The position numbers were made by a program, and so were the translations under genes. A DNA stretch of 64,000 bases from the NCBI GenBank assembly GCA_951406725.2, contig OX597826.1, positions 11,470,001-11,534,000 on the forward strand, read 5' to 3'. Below the pieces are notes generated by a model. That model ran no database searches. It was not told the DNA's origin and saw only the letters and a program-made list of their open reading frames with translations. Every line of letters starts with the position of its first letter. Within the stretch, counting starts at the first letter, position 1. Source of the DNA: Octopus vulgaris (taxonomy: Eukaryota). Positions 12,950 to 26,605 of this stretch are shown piece by piece.

Positions 12950-13140
12950 CGCTCTATCGACCAGACAACCAGATACACTTACACATTGCTGGTTACAGTG
13001 CACTTTCTTTCTTCCATTAATTACACCCTTCGTTTCTATTGGATCTGAAGCGTTGGACTGCGTTATTTTCAAATCGTCTTGGTAGCTTTCCTAGTGGTCG
13101 CTTCCAATCTCCTGGATACCACTCAACTATTGCACGGGGA
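12950..13140 (-). mobile_element. RTE-clade LINE 3' end remnant
   Basis: Minus strand translates RAIVEWYPGDWKRPLGKLPRRF, matching the RTE C-terminal EWYP..KRP.GRP..RW motif, followed by a short 3' UTR. Confidence 0.7.
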
Positions 13141-13255
13141 GTGGTGGCAAGTCCATTACATCGACGGTACTCAAGTGGTACTCATCTTACGATCCCGAAA
13201 GGATGAACGGCAAACTCAACCTAATTCGAACTCAGACCATAAAGATATAAATAAA

Positions 13256-13462
13256 TACCTATTTCTTTACTACCCACTAGGGGCTAAACACAGAGAGGAC
13301 AAACAAGAACAGACAAACGGATTAAGTCTATTATATCAACCCCCGCGCATAACTGGTACTTATTTAATCGACCCCGAAAGGATGAAAGGCAAAGTGAACC
13401 TCAGACGAAATACGGCTACGCATTTCGCCCGGCGTGCTAACGTTTCTGCCAGCTCGCCGCCC
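13256..13462 (-). mobile_element. Family B SINE with internal deletion, nested in an older copy
   Basis: Tail tatttctttactaccc to head gctcgccgcc; older Meta-domain remnant at 13150-13255. Confidence 0.8.
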
Positions 13463-13514
13463 TAAATACATAGATACCGCTATGCTATATGTATATCTAA
13501 TATTTTCAAATTAT

Positions 13515-13770
13515 TTGGTAATTCGAGAACGGAACGACGTGATCGCAGGATACCGAGAGCACAAGTTCAACTGATTTGGACTTGTTACAAGATTCGCAGA
13601 GAAAGTGCGAAGCCGTGCGGTTGTCGGGCGATACCCATCAAATCGGAAACGACCACCCGGAAGTCCTCCACGACGATGAGAAGACGATTTGGGCCAAGAT
13701 AGAAAAGAAGACCACAATCAAAAAGAGAAATGGAAACTCATATATAACCACATGGAAAAGTCTGGTCGAT
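13515..13770 (+). mobile_element. RTE-clade LINE C-terminal remnant
   Basis: Translates HKFN*FGLVTRFAEKVRSRAVVGRYPSNRKRPPGSPPRR*EDD, a decayed K..WAGHV.R...YP...KRPPGRPPRRWED motif. Confidence 0.7.
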
Positions 13771-14760
13771 ACAGATGATACGTTTGTGAATCTGAGAGGA
13801 GAATATGTTGAATAAGATCGTAATTAACTGATTCTCCTGTTATTCTCTTTGGTGTCCGGTCAATTCGTCGACGGCAATTTGTGGTCGTTTAATTTGTCCC
13901 CAGTAAATTCGTCCCCAGGTCAATTCGTCGTCTTCATCGAGATCATAGGAAAAATGGAAGAACGAATATCTGAATTAACGTTTATTTTAAGGTTTGCTCT
14001 ATGACATATTTTTCTTTTTTTCTTAAAAAATTTTCTCATTAGAAAAATAATTTTTTGGCTTGGATCCTTTTTTTCCACGAGATTTTTTATACTCAGGTTC
14101 ATATCTTTGCATTTTCTCTCTTCGTTTCGTTCTTGTCCTTACATAAACTTCTGCAATTTGGTACTGGAAAACCTTTCCGCGCATTTAATCACATCAGTAA
14201 GTTTCCAAATATTTGGATTACTAATATATATTCACTGTGTCTTTTAGCGCGTTGTGATAGGCTCATAAACTATTTGTAGTACGAGCAATCCCCGTCATAC
14301 ATCGATCCCAAACATTTCGTATATGTAATGAAAATGGAGATTCAAAGTGTCGCCTCCTCTGTCCTCTTCCTCTAGGTGGTCCAATATAATTATTTTCAAA
14401 ATAGGATACAATTGACAGTGGAATATCATCATCTACAAGTTATTCATATCCACCTACAACTTCATCAATTGGCAGGAAGGCAAGGGCAACAAAACACCGC
14501 ATTTTTACACTAAAACTGTCATCTTCGTGACATCTGCATTTTAGACCTTCTTGCAGCATGCCAAATTCGACACAAGAAACTATTCCAGAAATCCGTTATT
14601 GGCTGCTCTTTCGAAATTCATAATTATATTATCAGGTCCCTCTGCAGTAATTCATTTATATTGGCAAAAAGTCTTCTATATGTATCTTGACTTTTGTCAA
14701 AGAGTAATGCGAAAAATAGTGGGGCATTCAAATCATCAATTTGGTTGTGAAGTATATATA

Positions 14761-14992
14761 TTATTCTTTACTGCCCACAAGGGGCTAAACATAGAGGGGG
14801 CAAACAAGAACAGGCAAAGGGATTAAGTCGATTACATCGACCCCAGTGCGTAACTGGTGTTTATTTAATCAACCCCGAAAGGATGAAAGGCAAAGTCGAC
14901 CTCGGCGGAATTTGAACGCAGAACGTAACGACAGACGAAATACGGTTATGCATTTCGCCCGGCGCGCTAACGTGTCTGCCAGCTCGCCGCCT
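14761..14992 (-). mobile_element. Family B SINE inserted in the MULE
   Basis: 20-bp TSD ttggttgtgaagtatatata at 14741-14760 and 14993-15012. Confidence 0.92.
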
Positions 14993-15542
14993 TTGGTTGT
15001 GAAGTATATATAACTGAAAAAATATACCAGAGCAACACTTATATGTTCCATCTGCCGCCCCTGTTCTTGTTCTGTTTTACCTGTCGAAGTGCATCGTCAC
15101 TTGCAAACATTTGTATTCGTTTCGAATCTTCCATCCCGCTGTCATACTGTAAAAACGCTTCATCACTGTCAAGGGAGGAGTATTCACTTGGAATGGAAAA
15201 CCCAACATTTGTAAGTGGGGTGACAGGATAGCTGGGATCAGCTTCTGAAATTCACTAACGATAATTGAACGAGGAGCATGACGAGATGAAATCGACTTTA
15301 CTTTCATATTTGAAACTATTATCCTTGCATTTACCTCTGCAGCAGTTGAGGCATGATTATGGATCACAATCTTCTTAAGTTCTTTATAATTTTCAGCTGT
15401 ATGAAGTTCCGCCTTGAACACACGATTTTCGCACCTCTAGTATACCTTCAATCCATCCACATTCTGCTTAATTTTTTGTGTTTATATAACTTTCTTGATC
15501 GACCACTTTGATTTTTACTTTCTCTGAAGTTATGATCTTGCA

Positions 15543-15603
<61 letters not shown>

Positions 15604-15746
15604 TATTACGGAGATGTACTTGCATAGCGAGTGACTTGATCTGAGATCGTGTGCTGGAACGAAAACAATTGCAGCGTGGAAGGTGTTTATAAGCCATTTA
15701 AGGAACACACAAAAACCGTTAGATTCAATTCAAGATTTAAATTTAA

Positions 15747-15797
15747 TTTGTCAAAATATTTTCGTCGCTTTGAGACCGCGACCTGTTCACTGACAAA
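15747..15797 (-). ncRNA. Minimal hammerhead ribozyme, G3-C8 variant, in a short element (~15607-15820) running into (TA)n
   Basis: tttgtca-GTGAACA-G-GTCGC-ggtctcaaa-GCGAC-GAA-AATATT-T-tgacaaa: 7-bp stem I, 5-bp stem II, palindromic stem III. Confidence 0.65.
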
Positions 15798-15881
15798 ACT
15801 TCGTGCTGATGGGGAAGCGTATTGAATAAATTTAATATGATTTGCTTGAAAATCTTTGTTTGTAAACTGTGCAGATACTTA

Positions 15882-15956
<75 letters not shown>

Positions 15957-16321
15957 TAAAGAAAGGAAGAGATGTCTAAAACTCTCCAACGACAATTTTA
16001 ATTCTAAAGTGATTGTTGTAAATTTCCCTCGAAAATCACATTTAAGAGTATTTTGGCCAGCGTCGAATTGACCTGGGGATGAATTGATCGACGACGAATT
16101 GATCAGGGACGAACTGTCCAAGCACCATGTATGTATGTATGTATGTATGTATGTATGTATGTATGTATGTATGTATCTATGTATCTATCTATCTATCTAT
16201 CTAACTATGTATGTATGTATGTATATGTATATTTACCAGAGTAAGCAAAACTGTCCAATGAACAGGAACATGAAACTCTGAGTAACAGTTTTTGTGATAT
16301 TTTTGCTGTATTTTAACAAAG

Positions 16322-16367
<46 letters not shown>

Positions 16368-16427
16368 ATATATGTAGGTATGTATATATGTATATATATA
16401 TATGTAATGTATGTATATATATGCATG

Positions 16428-16476
<49 letters not shown>

Positions 16477-16595
16477 ATATATATATATATATATGTATGT
16501 ATATATATTTACGTATGTGTGAATGAATGTGTATGTATGCATGCATATATATGTATGTATATTTATATATATGTATGCATGTATATATATACACA

Positions 16596-16638
<43 letters not shown>

Positions 16639-17238
16639 CAAAATACTATACAATATGACACTTCCTCCTTAACGTGCTACGATGCAATTTAAGGATGGTT
16701 TAACTGGTGTTTCTAGGAAGGTCAATCACTACATAAAGGATCTGTTGTTGGTTTGATTCATTGAAACGAAACATGGATTACGCAGAATTATTAAAAACAC
16801 AAACAAACACACAAACTAATACTCGTAAACTTTCCTTTGTTCCCACTTCACAAAGTAAAACGTATAAAGCCAACTAGCTGGTCATTCAAGTTGCTAGAAA
16901 TAACAACCAAACTTCTCTTATGTCACACCCACTAAGCTTAACAAAAGAAAAAAAAGGATACGCATCGTACCTAATGTAATTCTGGGTTTATTAAGTTTTA
17001 GTAATGAGAGGATGGTCATGGCTGGAATACTTTTCAACTTAACTGTGTTTAATTAAGTCTGATTCAAGTTCAACAACAGCAACAACAACAAAACCACCAC
17101 CAACAACAACAGTGACTATACACTGAAAATAAAGCATCTATCTTTTGATACTAATGATGTATATTTTATCAGTTCTGACTGTATACATACATACATACAT
17201 ACATACATACTTACATACATACATACATGTACATATAC

Positions 17239-17298
<60 letters not shown>

Positions 17299-17421
17299 AT
17301 GAATTGTAATAAATAGATATATATGTATATACATGCATATATATACATATATATGTATAATGTGTATATATATACGCATATATACGTATGTATGTATATG
17401 TATATATATATATATGCATAT

Positions 17422-17468
<47 letters not shown>

Positions 17469-17504
17469 TAAAAACATATATACACACACATATACATACA
17501 TACA

Positions 17505-17576
<72 letters not shown>

Positions 17577-17889
17577 TATATACATATATATACATATATG
17601 CATACACACATCTATCTATCTATCACTGGTTATCTGCCTTTTGGATTTCGTGACACATCAGTGATCAAATGCAACGACTGTGGACACACATTGAAGTTTT
17701 TAAAAAAACAACTGTTGCTAAATGTGAAGAAAAATAAAAAAAAAAGGACAGTAATTTATTGCATGTTTCATTTTATTAATCATATTTGTGCGTGACGAAA
17801 ATTACCAATAATACGTTTTTTAAACACTCAAACAATATTGGTATAGAATTTCTTAAGTCATAAGTTTATATTTTAATGGTATCTTTTAT

Positions 17890-18385
17890 AGGTGCAGGCG
17901 TGGCTGTGTGGTAAGAAGCTTGCTTCCCAACCACATGGTCCTGGGTTTCAGTCCCACTCCGGGGCACCTTGGGCAAGTGTCTTCTACTATATCCTCGGGT
18001 CGAGCACAGCCTTGTGAGTGGATTTGGTAGACGGAAACTGAAAGAAGCTGAAGGATTAAAATTAATCAAAGGACATACTTAGTATGACTACCTGCTGGAA
18101 ATAACAGTCAAAACCCCTACTTAAATTGCCAAAATACACTGATAATAACTACAGAAATCAACTGTCTGAAGGTTGTGTGTGTCTTTCCCCTACACCGTTT
18201 GACAACCGGTGTCAGTGTGTTTACGTTCCTGTAACTTAGCAGTTCAGCAAAAGGAACGGATATAACAACTACGAGGCTTAACAGAAATAAGTCCTGGGTG
18301 TCGATTTATTCGACTAAAAACAAATTGCGCAAAGTGCTGTCACAGCATGGCCGCAGTCGAATGAGTGGAACAAGTAATAGATAAA
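17890..18385 (+). mobile_element. Family A SINE split by ~120 bp of other sequence at the microsatellite position
   Basis: Head at 17890-18050, tail at ~18175-18385. Confidence 0.7.
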
Positions 18386-18642
18386 GACATCTGCTAAAAC
18401 CTAACTTCATAGCGTTGAGTTGAGAATTAATTCCTCACTCAAATCCAAATTTATTCTATTGCCGGTGGTGGCACCTCCAGATTGTCACCGATTCTGTCAC
18501 AGAGCAGAATAGGTTTTGTGTTTGAAGCACAACGAAAAGCAACAATCAGATTTAAGCTAAAGAAAAGAAAATGATAAGCAAATACGTCTTCCCGTCAGCC
18601 ACTTCGCCGGATTTCAGTTTTATAGAAGAGGAAAACAAGGTT

Positions 18643-18818
18643 CTTTTATCTTTTATGTTTTACTTGTTTCAATCATTTGACAGCGACCATACTGGAGTAC
18701 TACCTTGAGAAATTTTAGTCGAGCCCCTGTACCTTTCTTTTCTGAGCTCGGTACTTTTCTACCGGTCTCTTTGCCGAACCGTTAAGTAATGAGGACATAA
18801 ACACACTAACACCGGTGG

Positions 18819-18854
<36 letters not shown>

Positions 18855-18865
18855 GCACGCGCACG

Positions 18866-18916
<51 letters not shown>

Positions 18917-19075
18917 CGGGCTCTTTTCAGTTTCCGTCTACCAAATGCACTCACAAAATTGTGGTCGGTCCGAGACTATAGTAGAAGGCATGTGCCCAAG
19001 GCGCCATGCAATGGGACTGAACCCGAACCCATGTGATTACGAAGCAAGCTTCTGATCACACAGCCACACCTACCA
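18643..19075 (-). mobile_element. Family A SINE with internal (CT)n(CA)n
   Basis: Homology to the 9971 copy. Confidence 0.85.
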
Positions 19076-19109
19076 CTAGATTGGGAGATTTGTGTGCACC
19101 TTAGATATA

Positions 19110-20377
19110 TTAGTTTGTCTCACATGAAATGTATTTTAAATGGGTTTCTTATGAGTCATCTATAAATGGATTTTTAATGAGTTTCTCTCTATATGCTTGT
19201 GTTTACTCTTAACTCATTTTCTTTCTAGACAATACTATTATTCAAAATTGCTACCCACAGCTCTTATGACAATGTTGACAACCGAACAATACCAAATGGT
19301 TTTCTTGTACGAATACAAGTTGGGTCACTCTGCCATCGAAGCTCTACGAAACGTCAAGCGGGCTTTTGATAACGATTCTGTTGACATTAGAACTGTTGAA
19401 AGATAGTTCCAAAGATTTCGTTCAGGAAATGAAAGCCTTGAATATGAACCAAAAGAGAGACCAAAATCATGTATGCGGCATGATGAATTGAATGCTTTGG
19501 TTGAACGAAAACCGAGAACAACGGTCCGAAAAATCGGATCAGAGCTCCAGACATCTCCCCCAACTGCTTCTCGGCTCTTGAAGAAAATTGGAAAAGTCAA
19601 AAAGATGGATAGGCTTGTTCCCCATCAACTTAATGACATTCAAAGAAACAGAAGACTTACATTATGTTCCATGTTGATTTCTCAGTTGGAAAGAGAACCA
19701 TTTTTGTATCGACTCATTATATGTGATAAGAAATGGGCACCCTTTGATAACAGCAGGAGGACAGGACAATGGTTATATGCAGGAGAGTCACCAAAACACT
19801 ACTCAAAACCACCATTGCACCCTAAATAGTTGATGGTCACTGTATGGTGGTCCACAAAAGGGGTTAAACATTATTTACTTTTGCAACAAGCAAAAACTGT
19901 AACAGCAACATCCTATTTTCAGGAAATTGATTGTATGCATGAAAAACTAAAAAAATAAGCAAGCCAGATTAGTGAATAGATATGGCCCAATTTTGCTTCA
20001 TGATAATGCACGGCCTCACACTTCTCGAGCTACGGTCCACAAGTTGCAAAGCCTAATTTTGAAATTTTGGCACATCGTCTATACTCTCTCTATATCTTTC
20101 CTACTGATTATCATATATTTAAACACTCCGAGCTTGCTATACGTAATAAAACATCCTTAAATAAAGAAGAGGTAATTGAAGCATTCGAACTGTTTATCAG
20201 TGTAAAAGATGACAAATTCTTTGACGATGGAATATATGCCTTAGGGGAACGTTGGATGAAGGTCATAAATGAACAAGGATCATATTTTGATTAAATAAAT
20301 AAATATTCTAATACTTAAAAAAAAAAAAAATTAATGTTTCCTTTTTCAAATGAGACCTTTCATGTGAGACAACCTAA
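19110..20377 (+). mobile_element. Full-length mariner element (~1.27 kb)
   Basis: TIRs ttagtttgtctcacatgaaa / tttcatgtgagacaacctaa with TA on both sides. Confidence 0.93.
19266..20294 (+). pseudogene. mariner DD34D transposase pseudogene
   Basis: HTH N-terminus, LVPHQL (WVPHEL-like), IICDKKW, LLHDNARPH, YSLYIFPTDYHIF, ERWMKVINEQGSYFD; in-frame stops and frameshifts. Confidence 0.92.
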
Positions 20378-20727
20378 TATTTTCGACATCATCGGAATGA
20401 ATTAGCTAATGCCTGAGAAGCAATCCAAGATTTCTTTTCTTTGTCTGAGAGAAAGTTTTCTTGTTTTGAGGAATGGTGAAATGAAAATCTGTAACTTTCA
20501 TACCATTCCCGAAAATATTAATGGCGACAGATAGCATGTTATTAATTGACGTTGTTTACATCTTATGTTATAACGTTTACGTTCCATACTTCATGATACT
20601 GTTTTTTTTTGTTTTTGTTTTTTGGTTATGTTGGTATGAAGTACAGCTGTGCAGTTAAGATTGCTTACAGGATTATGTGGATGGGTTGGTATTAGATCCC
20701 ATAGCAGAGTATCCTGGGCACTTGCTC

Positions 20728-20825
20728 TAAGGCGGTGAGCTGGCAGAAACGTTAGCACGTCAGGCGAAATGCTTTGTAGTATTTCGTCTTCCGCTACGTT
20801 CTGAGTTCAAATTCCGCCGAAATAG
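20728..20825 (+). mobile_element. Short family B SINE (head fused to last bases of tail)
   Basis: 17-bp TSD gtatcctgggcacttgc at 20709-20725 and 20826-20842. Confidence 0.8.
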
Positions 20826-21554
20826 GTATCCTGGGCACTTGCCTTGAACCTTGTACGGGAAATATGATGGACAGTATCTGTGACATTCTGCGGGAGGGAC
20901 TGTTCCTTCTGTTGAGAAATAGGCTGAATTTGCTGTCAGGTTTAAGACTAACTTCTGACTTTTGAATGGCCTATTCTGTAAGGTTCCGGTGTGAAGCTCC
21001 CTTCCTCTCTTCTTCACAGCAGTTTAATCTAGGAGGCCCTGAAAAGGGTCATAGGCATCGTCCTTTCTCTATTGACTAAGCAATTAAAACAACACACAAT
21101 TCAGCATATGTACAGGGTCTACATTTCCTGATGGAGTCGTAGGGCCACTGTCACCAAATGCTGCATCCCTTGAGTAAATAAAACTGATTCATTCCATTCT
21201 TCTCCAAGTCTAACAGCAGATGATTTCAGGAGGAAACAAAGAAGAAAGCGAGCGGATGAGAGATATGTATGTGCATAAAAAAGGACGCAAAGAAAGCGAA
21301 TATTTGGTTGATCAACTCCGGAAGTAGGAAAGGCAAAGTTCACATTAGCGAGATTTGAACTCAGCGCTCATATATCCGGAATGAATACCACAAGGTACTA
21401 TGTGCAACTCACTAGTGATTCTGATCATCCACCGTCTGAGTGGAGGAATATTTTCTATTAAATCCCTCCCAATATAATATAAATCAGCCTTTGTGAAATT
21501 TGAACCTTGGTCGTGAAGGGATAAAGCTAAAGGCTTCATAGCATTTTTTATCGC

Positions 21555-21789
21555 ACTTGTTTCAGTCATTTGACTGAGGCTATGCTGGAGCACCGCCTTG
21601 TTTTAATCAAACAAATCGTTTCCAGGACTTACGTTTTTAAAGCCTGGTACTTATTCTATCGGTTTCTTTTACCGAACTACTAAGTTACACTGACGCAAAC
21701 ACACCAACACCGCTTGTCAACCGGTGGTGGCGGGACAAACACAGACACAAAGAACCCCCCATATATATATACATTCATACATACATACA

Positions 21790-21861
<72 letters not shown>

Positions 21862-21883
21862 TGTATGTATATATATGTGTGCA

Positions 21884-21914
<31 letters not shown>

Positions 21915-22052
21915 ATGTATGTATGTATGTATGTATGTATGTATGTATGTATGTATGTATGTGTGTATGTATATGATGGCCTTCTTTCAGCTTCTGTCAA
22001 CCAAATCCATTCATAAGGTTTGGGTTGACCCGAGGCTAAAGTAGAAGACACT
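21555..22052 (-). mobile_element. Family A SINE lacking its head, with expanded internal microsatellite
   Basis: Homology to the 9971 copy. Confidence 0.8.
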
Positions 22053-22813
22053 TTCACACCTGCAGTTTCTTGAAGTATCTGTCTCTATAATATGTGTTTC
22101 TTTCTAAACTGTTAATAGAATTAAGACGTACGTTGTCACCACGAACTATTAGAAGGAGTAACCTCATATCGTTCCTTTTCCATTAAAAATCGAGAAGGCC
22201 ACATTGAATAATGTAGTCCGACGTAAAAAAGAAAAAGAAAAAGAAAAAACCGATGGGTGGTCATGCATGGAAAATGTTTAATCATAAAATCTGATCGATC
22301 AGGATAGACCCGAAACTGAACATCCGTAAAAAACATTTAAGACCAATCGTGTGTGTAGTCTTTGTTTTCTACTGGGTATGTTAGAAATGACAGCCAAATT
22401 TCTTTCAAATTACACTTAACCAACTTAAGGAAAAACCAGCAGATAACAAACATTGGGTAAGATAGTCCTTAGTTATACTACGCAATAAATAGATAAATAA
22501 ATAAATAAAATAAAACAAAATCAACCACCCCTTCAAAAAAGAAAAGAAGATGAGACCTAGACATAGGCAAGGCCGAGTGCTAAGGAAGTTCCCATCGCAA
22601 AACTGATGCCCGGTTCAATCTTACTGTGCAGGATGTTTGGTATGTGTCTTTTATACTATATATATAAAAGTATATGGAACTAAGCCACGGAATCATGTCG
22701 TGCTTCTTCTAAAGATTGGCGAAAACAAAGATAAATTTGAACGAAGCTGTGTTCCTAATTCAGAACAATTAAAATTCAATGACACTTTGTTCGATAGTGT
22801 TGCTGTTGTTGCT

Positions 22814-23189
22814 TTGTTTGTTTGTTTGTTGAGCGAAGTGGTCTTTGTCCCTAGTGGGAGAAGTCCGAAACGTGGTCCTTTTGCTATTCGTAAGACCCGC
22901 AGAAGAGAAAGCAGGTCAACCCCCGACACCGAGAGCATCGACGGATGGATGAATGTGCATCCAGGCTCAGCGGTTGCGTAGGAAGTCGGGGACAAGAAAC
23001 AGGAAGAAAGAGTGAGAGAAAGTGGAGACGAAAGAGTACAGCAGGGATCGCCACTACCGCTGCCGGAGCCTCATGGAGCTTTAGGTGTTTTCGCTCAATA
23101 AACACACACAACGCCCAGTCTGGGAATCGAAACCGCGATCCTCCGACTGCGATTCCGCTGCCCTAACCACTGGGCCATTGCGCCGCCAC
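22814..23189 (-). mobile_element. Family C SINE, tail b ending in (AAAC)n
   Basis: Same head as 9328; 12-bp TSD gctgttgttgct. Confidence 0.88.
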
Positions 23190-23416
23190 GCTGTTGTTGC
23201 TGATATCTATATTATCTCTGATTTGAGAGATATATATGATCAAAGATTTCCCTATCCGCGGTTTTCCTAAATTTCAGTTTCATACACAATAAATCGAAAG
23301 ACACAATTATTAATATATTCTTTATTTTTAAGGCGACAGCTAATGATTTAGCTGCTATTTCTAGCATCTGGAGCAAATAATTTCAGACTGACTCACGCAG
23401 GCTTGTTGTTATAGTG

Positions 23417-23780
23417 CAGGTGTTCCCCAAATTTTTCACAATGGTTCCCAACAGTGGTGCTCAACCTTCTTATTTAAATGAGTTTTCGTACGGTCACCTT
23501 TTAATATGCTTATCCATATGTGTGTGAGTGTGTGTGTGTACTCTGTTATTTGTTTCAGTCATTTGACTGCAGCCATGCTGGAGCACTGCCTTTAGTCGAA
23601 TAAGTCGACCGCAGGACTTATGCTTTGTACACCTAGTTCATAATCTATTTGGTCTCTTTTGCCGAACCGCAAAATTCCGGGGACGTAAACACACCAACAT
23701 CGGTTGTCAAGTGATGGTGGGGAGACAACCACGAACTCACACAAACACACACACCACACCGCACACACACAAACGCGCAC

Positions 23781-23832
<52 letters not shown>

Positions 23833-23987
23833 GACGAGCTTCTTTCAGTTTCCGTCTACCAAATCTACCCAGAAGGGTTTGGTCGGCCCGCGGCTATAGT
23901 AGAAGGCAGTTGTCCAAGGTGCCATGCAGTGGGACTGAACCCGGAGCCATGTGGCTGGTAAGCAAGCTACTTACTGCACAACCAGTC

Positions 23988-24019
<32 letters not shown>

Positions 24020-24255
24020 AGAATCTGACTTTCATTCTTTACTGAGGAGAATTTCGCCTAGCAAATAATTTTAATCGCTAAAAAAGATTTGAAACCTAGG
24101 TATAACCGTAAAAAAATAACAGGGTAAAAGTTTTTATTTTTCATTCCCTTCGAAATTCGTTATTTTGACTGCTTCTTCTTGCGTTTAAAATTACCTGTTA
24201 AAGGTAGTTTCCCTTGTGTTTAAATGTACACTATTTTATATTGAGAATATGTTGT

Positions 24256-24339
<84 letters not shown>

Positions 24340-24408
24340 GAAATTTTGAATGTAGTTCACGCCCCCACCCCCAGTGCTACCTTTGCGGCCCTAGGCTGGG
24401 AACCACTG
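23417..24408. mobile_element. Non-autonomous hAT element with nested family A SINE (23545-23985, minus)
   Basis: Termini caggtgttcccca / tgggaaccactg; perfect 8-bp TSD ttatagtg at 23409-23416 and 24409-24416. Confidence 0.8.
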
Positions 24409-24899
24409 TTATAGTGTATTGTAATAGAGGACAGCATATATAATACAAGAGTTTTAGTATAGCTCTTTAGTATTCAAACCAGCCACATCCTGCTCAAATA
24501 GTCTACATGTTTTATATTAAAACTGGCGAGAGATGGCCTCTCACACATGTCATACAATGTCATTCTAAATATAGACAATCACAATTGAAATCGTAATGTT
24601 ATGAGATAATGTAGGATTAATTCGAAACAATGTGAATGCATCAGCGTTGCATTCAGTAATCTAAACTTTGAAGGAGCAGGGTCTTCCTGTGGTTAACTTA
24701 TTTATATATAAACTCTGGCATTTAAAGGTTGCTCTATTGCCAGGAAAGTGAGTTCTAACTGTTGAAGACACACTCGCTATTAGATTCGTTTACTGTTTAA
24801 CAAAGTAATATTATGACACTCAGTAGGTAACATAATTGCTTATTTTATGTCACGCTGAGTTATTAGTCTGAAGCTAAGAATAACACTTTCACTGTTTAA

Positions 24900-25635
24900 A
24901 TATTGGCTTCTAATTCTGACATAAGGTCAGCAAGTTAATAGGAGGGGCTAAGCTAGTTATATAGACCCCGCGGCTCAACTGGTACTTATTTTATCGACCC
25001 CGAAAGGATGATAGGCAGAGTCGATCTCGGTGGAATTTGAACTCAGAACACAAAGACGGACGAAATGCTGTGAAGCAGTTTGTCTGACGTTTCACTGTTT
25101 AAATATTGGTTTCAAATTTTGGCACAAGGCCAGCAATTTCAGAAGAGCAGGGTTAAATCGATTACATCGACCCCATTGCTCAACTGGTACCTATTTTATC
25201 GACCCAGAAAAAATGAAAGTCAAAGTGGACCTCGGCGGAATTTCCGCTGTTTCAATGTCCCTTTCTACTCTAGGCACAAAGCCGGAGATTTTTGGGGAGG
25301 GAACCAGTCGATTAGATCGATCCCAGTACGCAACTGGTACTTAATTTATCGACCCCGAAAGGATGAAAAGCAAAGTTGAGATCGGTGGCCACATTTTAAA
25401 TATTAAACACTGTGATAAGACGTCGAGCTGGTTCAATCCTTAGCACGTCGGGCAAAATGCTTTGCGACATTTCGTCCGTCTTTGTCCTTTGAGTTCAAAT
25501 TTCGCCGAGGTCGATTTTGCCTTTCATCATTTCGAGGTCGATAAATTAAGCACCAGCTGAGCCCTGGAGTTGATGCAGTCGACTTCCTTACGGCCTCGAA
25601 ATTGCGGAACTTGTGCCAAAATTTCAAACCAATAT
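24900..25635. mobile_element. Cluster of four old family B SINE pieces (three minus, one plus)
   Basis: Repeated caactggtacttattttatcgaccccgaaaggatga motif. Confidence 0.75.
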
Positions 25636-25831
25636 TATACACTGTGATATATACATTCAGGCACTCACTAACATGCATACATATATGTGTGTATATATAG
25701 TTATACACATAGTTTACTAACATGCATATATGTGTGTATATATACTTTATACACACAATTTCAGTTTCCGACTACCAAATCCACTCAGAAGGCTTTGGTC
25801 GGCCCGCGGCTATAGTAGAAGTAATATATAT

Positions 25832-26605
25832 ACTCTTTTACTTGTTTCAGTCATTTGACTGCGGCCATGCTGGAGCACCGCCAGAAGACCCCGGGACTTA
25901 TTCTTTGTAAGCCCAGTACTTATTCTATCGGTCTCTTTTGCCGAACCGCTAAGTGACGGGGACGTAAACACACCAGCATCGGTTGTCAAACAATGCTAGG
26001 GGGACAAACACAGACACGTAAACACACACACACACATACATATATATATGCATATATATACGACAGGCTTCTTTCAGTTTCCGTCTACTAAATCCACTCA
26101 CAAGGCATTGGTTGATCCGGGGCTATAGCAGAAGACACTTGCCCAAGATGCCACGCAGTGGGACTGAACTCAGAACCATGTTGGTTAGTTAGCAAGCTAC
26201 TTACCACACAGCCACTCCTGCGCCTATATATATATATATATTATATATACTTACACATATTTATGTATGTTTATATGTACATGTTCTTTTTATTCTTTTA
26301 TTTGTTTCAGTCATTTTACTGCGGCCATGCTGGAGCAGCGCCTTGGAGGGTTTTAGTCGAATAAATCGACCCTAGGACTTATTTTTTAAAACCTGTAACA
26401 TATTCTATCGGTCTCTTTTGCCGAACTGCTTGCTTACGGGGACGTAAACACACCAACACCGGTTGTCGAGCGGTGATGGGGGTACAAACACAGACACAAA
26501 GACACACACACACACACATACACACACACGCACAGAGGGAATGAACCCGGAACCATGTGGTTCAGAAAGAAGGTTGTTACCATACAGCCATGCCCGCACC
26601 TGCGC
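25832..26605 (-). mobile_element. Two tandem family A SINEs (25832-26224 near full length; 26295-26605 internally deleted)
   Basis: Homology to the 9971 copy. Confidence 0.85.

Larger units (their letters stand above)
13851..16126 (-). mobile_element. Decayed Mutator/MULE DNA transposon (FLYWCH plus MULE transposase pseudogene)
   Basis: Inverted termini built of ~15-bp units (ggtcaattcgtcccca-like) at 13851-13932 and 16060-16126. Minus-strand remnants: Y*RCENRVFKAELHT...HNH, DKSQDTYRRLF, NFERAANN, ALAFLPIDEV, SYFENNYIG, RTTNSL*AYHN, PNIWKL, with stops and frameshifts. Confidence 0.85.

Noticed and set aside
13851-13932. Short regularly spaced repeats resembling a CRISPR array
   Set aside because: Eukaryotic context, no unique spacers, and mirrored at 16060-16126 as transposon termini
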